Assembly: GCA_043825775.1 (NCBI GenBank) | Contig: JBDRRK010000008.1 | Location: 61,978-125,977, forward strand | Direction: 5' to 3' | Length of the DNA stretch: 64,000 nt | From: an archaeon | GTDB lineage: Archaea; Nanobdellota; Nanobdellia; SCGC-AAA011-G17; GW2011-AR17 | Shown here: one piece after another, positions 10,348-21,412 of the stretch | Layout: each line of letters begins with the position of its first letter | Numbering within the stretch: the first letter of the stretch is position 1 | The notes under the pieces: model-generated | Databases searched by the model: none | What the model was told of the DNA's origin: nothing | Seen by the model: only the letters and a program-made list of their open reading frames with translations | Program-made: the position numbers and the translations under genes

Positions 10348-11424
10348 TTGAAGAAAAAATACATGAAAGTTTGTTATGCTCCTACTTATGATTCTGAATA
10401 TTCCAGAGTTAAAATAATAAAACAAAGTTTGATTGATAATGGGGTTGAAATAATTGATTGTTCCTCTAAAAACAACACAGTTATTGGAAGAGGTATTGGT
10501 GCTTTCTTTAAACTATTGAAGAATAAAAGTAAATGTGATGTAATATTATTCGGTTTCTTTGGGCAACCATTAGTTCCCTTGATTAGACCATTTACTAAGA
10601 AGAAGATTGTTCTTGATGCTTTTATGTCAACTTATAATACTTATGTAGAAGATAAAAAGAAAGTTAAAAAAGGGGGCTTATTAAGTAAATTTCTTTTTTA
10701 TATGGATAAAGTATCATGTGAGAAGTCTGATTTGATTTTATTAGAGAATGATATTCATATATTATATTTTTGTAAGACATTTGGAATAAAAAGAGATAAG
10801 TTTTCAAGTGCTCTTGTTGGAGCTGATCAATCTTTATTCTACCCAAAACCTTCAAAAACAAATAAAAGGTTTACAGTAGAATTTCATGGTCTGTTTATTC
10901 CTTTACAAGGAGTAGAATATATTGTCGAAGCTGCGCATATTCTTAAGGATGAAGATATATTGTTTAAAATGGTTGGAAATGGACAGACATTTGATGCTTC
11001 AGTAGCTTTAGCTAATAAATTAGGTTTAAAAAATATGAAGTTTGAAGGTAGAAAGCCTTTAGAAGAGATGCCAAACTATATTTCAGGTGCAGATGTAGGT
11101 TTGGGTATTTTTGGTGAGACAAAGAAAACACAGTTTGTGATTCCTAATAAGGCATATGAAATAATGGCTATGGGAAAGCCATGTATTACTGCTGATACTC
11201 CTGCAATAAGGGAGATATTAGTAAATAAAAAAAGTGCAATGTTATGTCCTGCAAAGGATTCAAAAGCATTAGCAAAAGCAATACTTGAGTTAAAAAATAA
11301 CAAAGAGTTAAGAGATAAAATTGCAAAAGAAGGGTACAAGGTTTTTCAGGAACAATGTACCTATAAACAAATAGGTAAAAAATTAAAAAAAGATATGAAA
11401 AAATTAATTGAGGTGAAAAAATGA
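10348..11424 (+). CDS. Glycosyltransferase, GT-B fold (GT4-like)
   Basis: C-terminal half resembles GT4 donor-binding domains (…NKAYEIMAMGKPCITADTPAIREIL…). Overlaps the rmlD start by 4 nt. Confidence 0.5.
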   Translation: MKKKYMKVCYAPTYDSEYSRVKIIKQSLIDNGVEIIDCSSKNNTVIGRGIGAFFKLLKNKSKCDVILFGFFGQPLVPLIRPFTKKKIVLDAFMSTYNTYVEDKKKVKKGGLLSKFLFYMDKVSCEKSDLILLENDIHILYFCKTFGIKRDKFSSALVGADQSLFYPKPSKTNKRFTVEFHGLFIPLQGVEYIVEAAHILKDEDILFKMVGNGQTFDASVALANKLGLKNMKFEGRKPLEEMPNYISGADVGLGIFGETKKTQFVIPNKAYEIMAMGKPCITADTPAIREILVNKKSAMLCPAKDSKALAKAILELKNNKELRDKIAKEGYKVFQEQCTYKQIGKKLKKDMKKLIEVKK

Positions 11425-12281
11425 AAGTTTTAGTATTAGGTTCAGGAGGCCAACTTGGCCAGGATTTAGTTAAAGTATTACAAGAGAATAATGAAGATTA
11501 CTATGCAGCTACAAGAGAGGATGCAAATGTTACAAAAAAAGAAGAAATAAATAAACTTTTAGAAAGAGAAAATCCAAGTGCTGTTGTAAATTGTTCTGCT
11601 TTCCATGATTGTAATGTTTGTGAAGAAGAACCTGAAAATGCAATGGAAGTTAATGCTAAGAGTGTTATGAATATTGCAAAGAAATGTAAAGAAATGAATA
11701 TTAAATTTATGACAATAAGCACTGATTATGTTTTTAATGGTGAAAATGTTGAAGGTTATAGTGAAGATGATAAAGTTGATCCTATAATGTGGTATGGTAA
11801 AAGTAAATTAGCGGGTGAATGGTTATCAGCTGCATATAATGATAAAACTTTTGTTGTTAGAACCCAAAGTTTGTATGGACTGGCAGGACCAAAAGGAAAA
11901 GGGTTACATTTTGTTGATTTAATGCTTAAACTTTCTAAGGAAAGAGATGAATTGAAAGTTGATCAATGTAGAATGGCTCCAACTTGGACATACCCTCTTG
12001 CAAAGAATATGTATGAATTGTTGAAAACTGAACATTATGGGACATACCACATGAGTTGTCAAGGAATTACAACTTGGTATGAATTTGCTAAGAAGATTAT
12101 GGAATTGACAAACAATCCAGTAAAGATAACTCCAGTAGATAATAATTTTTATCCGAGAAAATTCAAAAGACCTGAGAATAGTTATTTAATCAATAAAAAA
12201 TTAAAAGAAATAAACCTTGATTTAATGCCATCTTGGGAAGATGCCTTAAAGGGTTATCTTCAACTTAAAGGTTTATTATAA
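11421..12281 (+). CDS. rmlD: dTDP-4-dehydrorhamnose reductase
   Basis: MKVLVLGSGGQLGQDL N-terminal Rossmann motif. Size and family match RmlD. Adjacent to rmlC. Confidence 0.7.
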   Translation: MKVLVLGSGGQLGQDLVKVLQENNEDYYAATREDANVTKKEEINKLLERENPSAVVNCSAFHDCNVCEEEPENAMEVNAKSVMNIAKKCKEMNIKFMTISTDYVFNGENVEGYSEDDKVDPIMWYGKSKLAGEWLSAAYNDKTFVVRTQSLYGLAGPKGKGLHFVDLMLKLSKERDELKVDQCRMAPTWTYPLAKNMYELLKTEHYGTYHMSCQGITTWYEFAKKIMELTNNPVKITPVDNNFYPRKFKRPENSYLINKKLKEINLDLMPSWEDALKGYLQLKGLL

Positions 12282-12904
12282 AGGAAGTTTTCAGATCTTT
12301 CATCGTCTGTCCAGGTTTTTATAGACAGACCTTCTTTATCTTTTTCAGTTATTAACTCTGTTGTTAGTGCTATTTCCTCAAATAATTGTTTAAGTTTTGG
12401 TTTGCATAAAGACCAATCAATATCTTTTGCTAATGGTGAAAGACCTGCTTCACATCCAGGACTATATTCTCCTGAACAAAAGTATTCAATTGCTGATTCT
12501 TCTGTAAAAAAGTTTCCGTGAGCAAAACCAGCTGGAACCCAAATCCATTCATCATAATCAGCTTCATGGTTTGCTGGCATATCATAAGCAATAATTTTAC
12601 TATAGGTTGGTGAACCTTTTCTAATATCAATAACCATATCTACCATTCTTCCCCTTAATGTTCGAACTAATTTACCCATATAAGGATTCCATTGAAAGTG
12701 CATTCCCCTTATTGTACCTTTTTTTGAATAACTTTCATTGGATTGAAAGAACTCAACTCCTTTCATAAAATCCAATTCTGGATGATTAGCAAAATCACTT
12801 TTTCTAAAATGCTCAGTAAAATATCCTCTATGATCGCAAAACCTAGCAAATCTTATTACTTTTACTTCAGGTATTTCCAAACTTTTTATTTCTAGAATTT
12901 TCAT
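12260..12904 (-). CDS. rmlC: dTDP-4-dehydrorhamnose 3,5-epimerase
   Basis: Cupin fold with RGMHFQ motif (RmlC RGLHFQ signature). About 210 aa. Confidence 0.8.
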   Translation of the reverse strand: MKILEIKSLEIPEVKVIRFARFCDHRGYFTEHFRKSDFANHPELDFMKGVEFFQSNESYSKKGTIRGMHFQWNPYMGKLVRTLRGRMVDMVIDIRKGSPTYSKIIAYDMPANHEADYDEWIWVPAGFAHGNFFTEESAIEYFCSGEYSPGCEAGLSPLAKDIDWSLCKPKLKQLFEEIALTTELITEKDKEGLSIKTWTDDERSENFLYNKPLS

Positions 12905-13038
12905 TTTATCCCTCCAGTATATCTGAAATTATATCTCTTTTTAAGAATTGCGAATTTACAATTAATATTTAATGCTAAATACATATGGAGTCTACATAAA
13001 TTTTATAAGTAGATATGGTAGAGAAATAAAAGGAGGGA

Positions 13039-14103
13039 TTGAATATGGCAAATATACTCGTTACCGGTGGAGCTGGTTATATAGGAATTGAGCTCTGTCG
13101 TCAACTTATTGAAAAGGGTCATAGTGTTACTATTGTAGATTTATGTTTCTTTGGTGAAAAAGCACTTGAAGTTTTAGATGGAAGATATAAATTAATTAAA
13201 GAAGATATTAGAGAACCAAGAAAAGAATGGTTTGAAGGTATTGATTATGTTTGTCATTTAGCTGGATTTAGTAATGATCCTATGGCTGCATTCAATCCGA
13301 ATGCAAATATGGAGATTAATCATATTGGAACTGTTAGGGTTGCTGAACTTGCAAAAGAGAGGGGTGTGAAAAAGTTTGTTTTTGCTTCTAGTGCAAGTGT
13401 TTATGATAAAGGTTTGGTGGAAAATCATGATGTAATGTATTTTGAGGACTCTGAAGTTGATCCATTACCAACATATTATTATTCAATAGCAAAAGTTAGA
13501 GCTGAGAATGATCTTAAGAGTATGGCTTCAAAGGATTTTTCTGTTTATGTTTTGAGACAAGGGACTATCTTTGGTTGGAGTGAGAAAATGAGATATGATC
13601 TTGTTGTTAATACTATGATTAAGACTGCAATATGTGAAGGTAAAATGAATGTTTTCCATGGAGGAGTTATGTGGAGACCTTTAGTAGATGTTTCAGATTG
13701 TGCAAGAGCTTATATTGCTTGTATGGAAATACATCATCCAAATGAAGTTGATTATTTTAATATTTTTAATATTGTTCAAGAAAACTATAGGATACTTGAT
13801 TTAGCTCATTATATTAAGCACGAACTGAAACAAGAAGGAATGGATGTAGAAGTTAATGTTCTGTATTCTAATGAACCTCAGAGGAGTTATAGAATGTCTG
13901 GGGCAAGAATTGAAAAGGCATTATCTTTCAAGCCTTTAATTGATGTTAGAACTTCAGTTAGAAAGATTATTCTAGAAATGAAGAATAAAAATATGAATAA
14001 TCAAAAAACATTGCATAATCCAATGTACTATAACATAGAATGGATGAAACATCTTGAAGAGATTAAAAAGATTCTAAAGCATGCAGATAGGATTCTTGAT
14101 TGA
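13039..14103 (+). CDS. NAD-dependent sugar epimerase/dehydratase (SDR family)
   Basis: ILVTGGAGYIGIEL Rossmann motif. Catalytic YxxxK context (YYYSIAK) is present. Confidence 0.75.
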   Translation: MNMANILVTGGAGYIGIELCRQLIEKGHSVTIVDLCFFGEKALEVLDGRYKLIKEDIREPRKEWFEGIDYVCHLAGFSNDPMAAFNPNANMEINHIGTVRVAELAKERGVKKFVFASSASVYDKGLVENHDVMYFEDSEVDPLPTYYYSIAKVRAENDLKSMASKDFSVYVLRQGTIFGWSEKMRYDLVVNTMIKTAICEGKMNVFHGGVMWRPLVDVSDCARAYIACMEIHHPNEVDYFNIFNIVQENYRILDLAHYIKHELKQEGMDVEVNVLYSNEPQRSYRMSGARIEKALSFKPLIDVRTSVRKIILEMKNKNMNNQKTLHNPMYYNIEWMKHLEEIKKILKHADRILD

Positions 14104-14127
14104 ACCATAAGATTATTAAATAGGGGT

Positions 14128-15078
14128 TTGTTAACGAAAAAGATGAAATTTGTTAAAGAGAAAATCAGAAATTTTTTAAAGATGTTTAAAGAGGATGAAG
14201 TAAATATACAAATCCAAACTACATCTATATGTAATGGTAAGTGTATTATTTGCCCTTATGTTGGTTCTTGGTATGATTCAAATCCTGGAGTTATGAGTGA
14301 TGAGGTGTTTGATAAGGTTTTAGAGGAGATTAAACCTTTGAAGATTGATAAATTTTGTCCTTATTTGATGAATGAGCCTCTTGCTGATCCAAAGATATTT
14401 GAAAGATTGGAGAAGATTAAAGAGCTGAAAAATTTTAATTATATTGAGTTTGCTACTAATGGCATATTACTTAATGAAGAAAGAGCTGAAAAATTGATTG
14501 ATGCTTTAAAGGATATTGAGCATAAGGTTTGTATTTCTTTTCATGGGACTAATAAAGAAAATTATAATGAAATAATGAAACTGGATTTTGATAAATCTAT
14601 TCATAATATCTGTAATTTTTTAGTAAAAGCTGATGGTAAGTTAAAAATTTGGGTTAGAGGTGGAGGTATGCCTTTGAAGAATGGTGCTCCTACTTGGTTT
14701 TCTGAAAAAGAATATAAAGATTTTTGGGAGAAGAAGTTTGAAAGTTTAAATTTGAAAAAACCACCTAAAATTGATTTCTTTACTTATATTGACAGAGCTG
14801 ATAATTTAACTGATAAAAGATTGTCTGCTAATTTTAGAAGAAAGTCTATGAAAGGGTTTAAATGTGATAGGATTGGGGGATGGTTGCATTTTAATTATGA
14901 AGGAGATATGATTATTTGTTGTATGGATTACCATAAAGAAGAGGTTTTAGGAAATATAACCAAGAATACACTTAATGAAATAAAGAATTCTTCAAGGATG
15001 AAAGAAGTTTTTGGTAAGGCTAAAGGAGAAATAGAAAGTTCTGATAATTTTATCTGCAAGAGATGCCTATTCCGATAA
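14128..15078 (+). CDS. Radical SAM protein
   Basis: CxxxCxxC motif SICNGKCIICPY. Additional C-terminal Cys cluster (CCMDYH…CKRC), possibly an auxiliary cluster. Confidence 0.65.
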   Translation: MLTKKMKFVKEKIRNFLKMFKEDEVNIQIQTTSICNGKCIICPYVGSWYDSNPGVMSDEVFDKVLEEIKPLKIDKFCPYLMNEPLADPKIFERLEKIKELKNFNYIEFATNGILLNEERAEKLIDALKDIEHKVCISFHGTNKENYNEIMKLDFDKSIHNICNFLVKADGKLKIWVRGGGMPLKNGAPTWFSEKEYKDFWEKKFESLNLKKPPKIDFFTYIDRADNLTDKRLSANFRRKSMKGFKCDRIGGWLHFNYEGDMIICCMDYHKEEVLGNITKNTLNEIKNSSRMKEVFGKAKGEIESSDNFICKRCLFR

Positions 15079-16183
15079 ATCTACTTACTCTTTTTGCTAT
15101 TGCTAATGATGAAGTTAATCCTGGAGAGCAAATTCCAACTAAGTTTATCATTCTATGATATTTAGTATCTGTAGCAATATGAAAGTCTTGTCCATTTGCA
15201 AGTACTGCTTGCATTCCTGCTTGATGTAAGTGTAATCTATCTTCTTTTATTCCTGGAAAGAAACCTACAATCTGTTCAAGAAAGAATGAGGTGGGTTTAA
15301 GATCTGAGCTAAGATCTGTGTGGCCTCCTTCATTATAAGGGCCTACTGTTATTTCTTTTCCGAAAGTAGGTGTTAGGTGTACTCCTACTGTTAATTGATT
15401 TGTTCCATCTGGTTTTGAAATGGTTGTTGGTGTAGGATAGACAAGTCTGGATACTCTTGTATTATTTGTTGGATAATATTTTGCAGATTCTCCTCTAACC
15501 TGGAATATTCTTAAAGGAAATTCAGGATTGACCATAAGTGCTATTTTGTCACTATCTAAACCTGCTGCATTTACTATATATCTTGTTGTGAATTTATATT
15601 CTCCAGATAGATTTTTTACTGCAATAATAAATTCTTTTCTAGTAGGAGTTATATCTATAACTTCTGTTCCTTTAAGATATAAATTATTAATGTTGGAAAG
15701 ATGTTGTAATCTTCTAACTAAAGAAGTTGGATCAATGATTCCAGATTTTGGAACATAAAGGGCAGAATAGACTTTTATATTGGGTTCTATCTCATTTACA
15801 TCTCTTCTATCTACTTCTACTGCCTCTACATTGTTTTCTTCTGCTCTTTGTAAAAGAGTTTCTAAAGTTTTATCTTCTTCTTTTTTTGTTGCTATAATTA
15901 GTTTACCTGTTCTTTTTGCAGGAATATTATGAGTTCTACAAAACTGATATAGAAGTTCGTTTCCTTCTACACATAATTCAACTTTTAATGGAGTTACTTC
16001 CTTATCATAATAAATACCTGCATGAATTACTCCAGAATTTCTTGAGGTTTGATTTTCTCCAGGAAAAGATTTATTTCTTTCTACTAAACATATTGGTTCA
16101 TCTGGTATATCTTCAGAAAGTTGATATGCTACTGCATTACCAATTACTCCTCCACCAATAATTGTAACATAACAATCTGTCAT
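15050..16183 (-). CDS. FAD-dependent oxidoreductase (DAO / L-2-hydroxyglutarate oxidase-like)
   Basis: N-terminal FAD Rossmann motif VTIIGGGVIGNAVAYQL. 377 aa. Confidence 0.6.
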   Translation of the reverse strand: MTDCYVTIIGGGVIGNAVAYQLSEDIPDEPICLVERNKSFPGENQTSRNSGVIHAGIYYDKEVTPLKVELCVEGNELLYQFCRTHNIPAKRTGKLIIATKKEEDKTLETLLQRAEENNVEAVEVDRRDVNEIEPNIKVYSALYVPKSGIIDPTSLVRRLQHLSNINNLYLKGTEVIDITPTRKEFIIAVKNLSGEYKFTTRYIVNAAGLDSDKIALMVNPEFPLRIFQVRGESAKYYPTNNTRVSRLVYPTPTTISKPDGTNQLTVGVHLTPTFGKEITVGPYNEGGHTDLSSDLKPTSFFLEQIVGFFPGIKEDRLHLHQAGMQAVLANGQDFHIATDTKYHRMINLVGICSPGLTSSLAIAKRVSRFIGIGISCR

Positions 16184-16992
16184 TCCTTTAATTTGCTCCC
16201 TTGTTCACAAGTTTTACATAATTCTAGATTGTATATTCCTTTTTTTGTGCCTTCTCTTATTTTTTGGTAGAAAGGTTTGTTCCAGATATCCATTAATTTT
16301 TCAGATTTTACGTTTCCGTACTTAACTTTACTTAAATAATCATTACAACATAAGATAACATTTCCATCATAGTCAATTGTGATGTTTGTCGAAGGGAAAA
16401 GACAATAATCATTCTTTATTTTTTCTTCAACTTTTATTAAATCTCCTCTGTTGAAGTAGGTTTTTAACTTGTTATATACTACTTTTACTCCATCTTCATG
16501 AATTTTCTTATATTCAATTAATTCATTGACATTTTCAAGTTCATCTTTAGAATGTTGAGCTATCATGAATCTGTTTGTTCCAGCCTTTACTAGTTCATTA
16601 TATTTTTCTATATTGATTAAATCACCATTTGTAAATATAACCAATTCTACTTTGGGGAGTTTTTCTTTTGCATACCTTATTAATTCTGGAAGTCTTTTAT
16701 CTAATAAAGGTTCTCCATAGAAATGTGGATGGATAGCTCCTTTGTAGTTTATTTCTGCTAGTTCATTGATTATTTTCTTGAATAGTTCAATATCCATCTC
16801 TTTTTTGTTTTCAATTAATCCTCTATCATAAATAGCATTTGGGCAGTATGAACATCTCCTATTGCACACTGTTGTTGTCTCTATTTCCACAATTGAAAAG
16901 GAATCAAATTTGTGATGCTTAAAGAAAATTCTACCTAAAAAAGGCTTTATCTTATTTGGTACAAGTCTTTTAGCAAAATTATATATTCCCAT
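16180..16992 (-). CDS. Radical SAM protein
   Basis: CNRRCSYCPN motif. C-terminal Cys pairs (CCNDY…CKTC). Confidence 0.7.
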   Translation of the reverse strand: MGIYNFAKRLVPNKIKPFLGRIFFKHHKFDSFSIVEIETTTVCNRRCSYCPNAIYDRGLIENKKEMDIELFKKIINELAEINYKGAIHPHFYGEPLLDKRLPELIRYAKEKLPKVELVIFTNGDLINIEKYNELVKAGTNRFMIAQHSKDELENVNELIEYKKIHEDGVKVVYNKLKTYFNRGDLIKVEEKIKNDYCLFPSTNITIDYDGNVILCCNDYLSKVKYGNVKSEKLMDIWNKPFYQKIREGTKKGIYNLELCKTCEQGSKLKE

Positions 16993-17015
16993 TATGTTGT
17001 ATCCATTTACTTCTT

Positions 17016-17651
17016 TTAAAAAGATTCTGTATTCTTTATGCAGAGTATTTGAAATGCTTTTTTTGGATTATTTCTTGTGATTAATTGAGTCAAATCTGAG
17101 ATAATCCTCCAAACAAATGTAGGTTTGTATTTAATATTTGTAAATTCTCCTCTTAATTGTTTCCATCCATTAATCCCTATTACCTTGTAGCCTCTTTTTT
17201 TCATTTCTTCTGCTGTCCATCCTGATTTGTGTATTTGGTAAGCATTGTTGTCATATTCTCCTTGATGAAGGAATCCATTTGGTGTAAATATTATTACTTT
17301 CTTTTTTGCAATCTTTTCCATTGAATCAATAAGTTTATTTCCTTCTTCTTTTGTTAAATGTTCAATTAGATCTGATGCAAGAACACAATCAAAAGAATTT
17401 TCATCAAAATTTTTATTTATCTCAAGGACATTTATTTGTTTGTAGGCATTATGGATTTGTTTTTGCTTGCTTTTTTCTATACTTGGAAAAAAATCATCAA
17501 CACCTACTGTTGAAAGGTTTTTTGAAAAGGGGTGTATTGGTGAATTGGAGCCACAGCCTACATCTAATAAAGATGAAGAATTGCCAACTGCTTTTTTCAA
17601 TTCATCTTCATATGTTTTAAAAATGCCCTTATAAATTCCTTTTAATCCCAT
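17016..17651 (-). CDS. Class I SAM-dependent methyltransferase
   Basis: Motif I LLDVGCGSNSPI is present. Confidence 0.6.
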   Translation of the reverse strand: MGLKGIYKGIFKTYEDELKKAVGNSSSLLDVGCGSNSPIHPFSKNLSTVGVDDFFPSIEKSKQKQIHNAYKQINVLEINKNFDENSFDCVLASDLIEHLTKEEGNKLIDSMEKIAKKKVIIFTPNGFLHQGEYDNNAYQIHKSGWTAEEMKKRGYKVIGINGWKQLRGEFTNIKYKPTFVWRIISDLTQLITRNNPKKAFQILCIKNTESF

Positions 17652-17726
17652 AAGGTTTCAGAAAAAGTTGACATTAATAAATATATCTACATAAGCTTTT
17701 TATACCCCTAATATAGAAAAAGAAAT

Positions 17727-19226
17727 ATGAGTGAGATTGATGGTTCTTTAAAAACCTTAGCCAAGGGAGCTGGTTTTGTGTTCTTTGGAATGATTTTTTC
17801 TAAGATTCTTACTTATTTATATAGGATAATTATTGCTAGGATAGGCCCTGAGGAATATGGTTTATTGTCTTTAGGATTGGCTTTTTTAGGGTTTATTACC
17901 TTATTTTCTATTTTTGGAATGCATTCAGGTATATTGAGATATGCCTCATATTATAGGGCTACAAAAGAAAAGGATAAACTAATGGGAGCTTTGCTTTCAG
18001 TTATTATTTTTGTATTGCCAGTTAGCATATTTCTTTCATTTTTAGGATTTATATTTGCGGAGAATATTGCAGTTTCAATATTTCACAATCCAGCTTTAAC
18101 TGGTATATTGAAGGTTTTGATGTTTAGTGCTCCTTTTATTGTTCTTAGTTCTATATTTTTGAATGTTACAAACGCATTTGAAAAAGCAGAATATGATATT
18201 ATTTCGAGGAGTTTTTTAGAAAATGTTCTTAAAGTTATTGGAACCTTTATTTTAGTCTATCTTGGATTTGGTATAATTGGTGCTACTTATGCCTATGTTA
18301 TTGCTGTGATGTGTGCTTTTTTGTTATCAGTTTTCTTTTTGAGGAAGGTTTTGAAAAGTTATAAATTTGAATTTAAAACAAGGGGACAATTAAGCCCAAT
18401 CTTTACTTATTCTTGGCCCTTATTATTGAATGGTTTTTTAGTATTTATCTACCAATGGACTGATACTTTTATGTTAGGTTATTTCAAAGATGTAGCACAG
18501 GTTGGAATTTATAACGTTGCTTTACCTACTGTAAATCTAATTCAGATGTTCCCTTATGGTATTACAGTTCTTTTTATTCCTATAATGACTAATTTTTATG
18601 TAAATGGAGATAAGGAAAAGTTTAATGAATTGTACTTTGCAACAACAAAGTGGATTTTGTTGGTAAATTCCTTAATTTTAGTTTGGTTGTTGTTTTTAGG
18701 AAAAGATATTCTTACTTACTTATTTGGAGTTGAGTATGTGGGTGGATATATTCCATTAATTATTCTCTCTATAGGTTATTTTATATTCTTCATTTCCCAT
18801 AATTCTTATAATTTGTTTTTAGTGTATAAGAAGACTAAATTATTATTCTTTATTACTTTCTTGGCTAGTATTTTGAATATTGTTTTGAATCTCTTATTAA
18901 TTCCAGATTATGGTTTAATTGGTGCTGCAATTGCAACAGGTATTTCATATATGTTTATTGGAATCCTTGTTTCTTATCAAGCATATAAATTTACTGGAGT
19001 TTTCCCCTTTAAAAAAGGTTTTTTTCCTATATTGCTAATGGCTTTTGTTAGTGGCGGAATAGTTTTCTTTATTTCCAGATTTGTTCCATCTAATCTTGTT
19101 TCTTTTATTGTATCTATTATTATTATTGGATTGTTGTATCTTTTGATGTTAATTATTTTCAAAGTCTTTGACAAAAATGACAGAATAATCATCGACGCAA
19201 TAAAGAGAAAAATTGGATTTGCATAA
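17727..19226 (+). CDS. Oligosaccharide/polysaccharide flippase (Wzx-like, MOP superfamily)
   Basis: 499 aa with about 12–14 TM helices. Located in a glycan cluster. Confidence 0.65.
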   Translation: MSEIDGSLKTLAKGAGFVFFGMIFSKILTYLYRIIIARIGPEEYGLLSLGLAFLGFITLFSIFGMHSGILRYASYYRATKEKDKLMGALLSVIIFVLPVSIFLSFLGFIFAENIAVSIFHNPALTGILKVLMFSAPFIVLSSIFLNVTNAFEKAEYDIISRSFLENVLKVIGTFILVYLGFGIIGATYAYVIAVMCAFLLSVFFLRKVLKSYKFEFKTRGQLSPIFTYSWPLLLNGFLVFIYQWTDTFMLGYFKDVAQVGIYNVALPTVNLIQMFPYGITVLFIPIMTNFYVNGDKEKFNELYFATTKWILLVNSLILVWLLFLGKDILTYLFGVEYVGGYIPLIILSIGYFIFFISHNSYNLFLVYKKTKLLFFITFLASILNIVLNLLLIPDYGLIGAAIATGISYMFIGILVSYQAYKFTGVFPFKKGFFPILLMAFVSGGIVFFISRFVPSNLVSFIVSIIIIGLLYLLMLIIFKVFDKNDRIIIDAIKRKIGFA

Positions 19227-19258
19227 TATTTAAAAAGGAAATTGCAAAAAATAAACTT

Positions 19259-20473
19259 ATGATAAAGGTTGTTTGCTTAACTGCTTCTGGAGTTATACAT
19301 GATCATCATGGTTGGTTTAATAACATGGCTAAAAACCCCCATATTGACCTTACAGCTATCATAGCTCCTAATTGGCCTTATCACAGAGGTGGAACTTCCT
19401 TTTTTAAATCCTTATTTGGTACATATAAGAGTGTAAATGCCGATGAGATGTATTTTAATAAAAAAGATAGAGTTTATGAGATTATTAAGAAAATGCCTTT
19501 ATTTCCAGGTAAGACTTTTTATTTTTATCCTACTTTGTTTTTTATGTTGAATAGATTAAATCCGGATGTTATTCATATTTCTTGTGAACCAGAATATGCT
19601 ATTTTGACACAGACTATTCTATGGAAGAAATTATTTAGGAAGAAAACAAAAATAGTTGTTTTTACTCATGAGAATATGTATTATCCTTACAAAGATAGAT
19701 TGTTTTACAATTTGTTTATTTACAAAGTTTTGGAAAGGTTTAATCTTAAGAATTTTGATGGAGCTACCTTAGCAACTAATGAAGTTGGTGGATTGTTAAG
19801 ATTAAAAGGGTTTCATAAACCAACAATAGTCGTTGGTAATCAGGTTGATGTTGATTTTTTTAAGAAGAAAGATGTTTCAAAATTAAAGAAAAGATTGGGA
19901 TTTAAAGATGAGATTGTGATCGGTTATTTTTCTAGGATAGAAGAGTCAAAAGGAATTCTTACTATTATAAGAGCGTTAGGTAAGATAAAAGACAAGAAAT
20001 TTAAGTTATTGGTTGTTGGTAGATGTGAAGAAGATTTTATGATAGAACTTAAAGAAAAAATTAGTTCTGTTGGTATTACTGATAAAGTTGTGTTTGTATC
20101 TGAAGTTCCTAGAAAAGAGGTTGTTGATTATATGAATTGTTCAGATATGATTATTATGGGAGGGTTGAGTACTAAGACTTGGGTTGAACAGTTTGGAAGA
20201 GTTAATGCTGAATCTATGGCTTGTGAAGTTCCAGTTATTGGAAGTAGTTCGGGAGGGATTCCAGAGGCTGTTAGTGAAGGAGGTTTGATTTTTAAAGAGG
20301 ATAATGATGAAGATTTAAAAAATAAAATTGGCAAGTTAATGGAGGATGCAGGATTAAGAAAAAAGTTAGGAAAATTAGGTAGGCAAAGAGTTCTAAATAA
20401 TTATTCAAATAAAAAATCAGCTGAGAATACATTAAAATTGTTTGAAAGGTTGTTACATAAAAAACTTTTTTGA
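19259..20473 (+). CDS. Glycosyltransferase family 4 (GT-B)
   Basis: C-terminal E-x7-E-like donor-binding region (EQFGRVNAESMACEVPVIGSSSGGIPE). Confidence 0.65.
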   Translation: MIKVVCLTASGVIHDHHGWFNNMAKNPHIDLTAIIAPNWPYHRGGTSFFKSLFGTYKSVNADEMYFNKKDRVYEIIKKMPLFPGKTFYFYPTLFFMLNRLNPDVIHISCEPEYAILTQTILWKKLFRKKTKIVVFTHENMYYPYKDRLFYNLFIYKVLERFNLKNFDGATLATNEVGGLLRLKGFHKPTIVVGNQVDVDFFKKKDVSKLKKRLGFKDEIVIGYFSRIEESKGILTIIRALGKIKDKKFKLLVVGRCEEDFMIELKEKISSVGITDKVVFVSEVPRKEVVDYMNCSDMIIMGGLSTKTWVEQFGRVNAESMACEVPVIGSSSGGIPEAVSEGGLIFKEDNDEDLKNKIGKLMEDAGLRKKLGKLGRQRVLNNYSNKKSAENTLKLFERLLHKKLF

Positions 20474-21412
20474 TTTTAGAAGAGATTCTACTTCTTTTGA
20501 AGAAAGAGTTCTGCTCTTTTGAATTATTCTTCTTTTTTTCAACATCTTTGGTAAAAGTTTTATTACTGCTATCCTTGATTTAATTGGAGTTAGGTTAAAT
20601 TTAGTTAAGTAGTAGAAAATTGATATAAATTGTCTAAGGATTATCTTTGGAGATTTTTTTATTAATAAGGAAGTAGGATAGTTCTTTAAGATTAAGAATA
20701 TCTTATTTTTATGTCCATGATATACTCCGACATTTGGAATTTTTTTAGTTGTTGCATTAACCTTATGATACACTTTAGCATTAGGAACGTATTGACATTT
20801 CCAGCCTCTTAATTGTAATCTAAATGCTAGATCTGTATCTTCTGCATATAGAAAAAAGTCAGAATCCAAGTAATCATCTTCAATTTTTATATCCTCTAAT
20901 GCTTCCTTCTTAAATAAAGCAGCTCCACCACAAGGGCCAAAAACTTCCTTAGAAGAATTAAAACCTTTGTCTATTTCATTGAATGCCTCATCAATAGAAC
21001 TTCCATCATCATAAAGGTTTAATCCGATTGAATTAATCCCATTCCTCCTATTGAAAAAAAGCATCTTGCAAGAGAACATACCCACATCTTTTTCTGATTG
21101 TTCTGCAAATTCTACATAATTCTTTAGAAAATCTCTATCTAACTCCGTATCATTATTTAATAATAAGATATACTCTCCTTTAGCAATGTGAATGCCTTGG
21201 TTATTTGGTTTAGGAAATCCAAGATTTTTATTATTCTTAATTATTTTATATTGTGGGAAATTCTTCTCTACATAGTCTATACCCTCATCAATGCTTCCAT
21301 TATCTACTATTATTACTTCATAATCTCTATATGATTGTTTCTCTATAGAGGGCAGACAATCCTTTAAATGGTCTAATCCATTCCAATTAACTATTATTAT
21401 TGAGACTTTCAT
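20453..21412 (-). CDS. Glycosyltransferase family 2
   Basis: MKVSIIIVNWNGLDHLKDCLPS, DNGS, and DxD-like (EDTDLAF) motifs are present. Confidence 0.75.
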   Translation of the reverse strand: MKVSIIIVNWNGLDHLKDCLPSIEKQSYRDYEVIIVDNGSIDEGIDYVEKNFPQYKIIKNNKNLGFPKPNNQGIHIAKGEYILLLNNDTELDRDFLKNYVEFAEQSEKDVGMFSCKMLFFNRRNGINSIGLNLYDDGSSIDEAFNEIDKGFNSSKEVFGPCGGAALFKKEALEDIKIEDDYLDSDFFLYAEDTDLAFRLQLRGWKCQYVPNAKVYHKVNATTKKIPNVGVYHGHKNKIFLILKNYPTSLLIKKSPKIILRQFISIFYYLTKFNLTPIKSRIAVIKLLPKMLKKRRIIQKSRTLSSKEVESLLKSKKFFM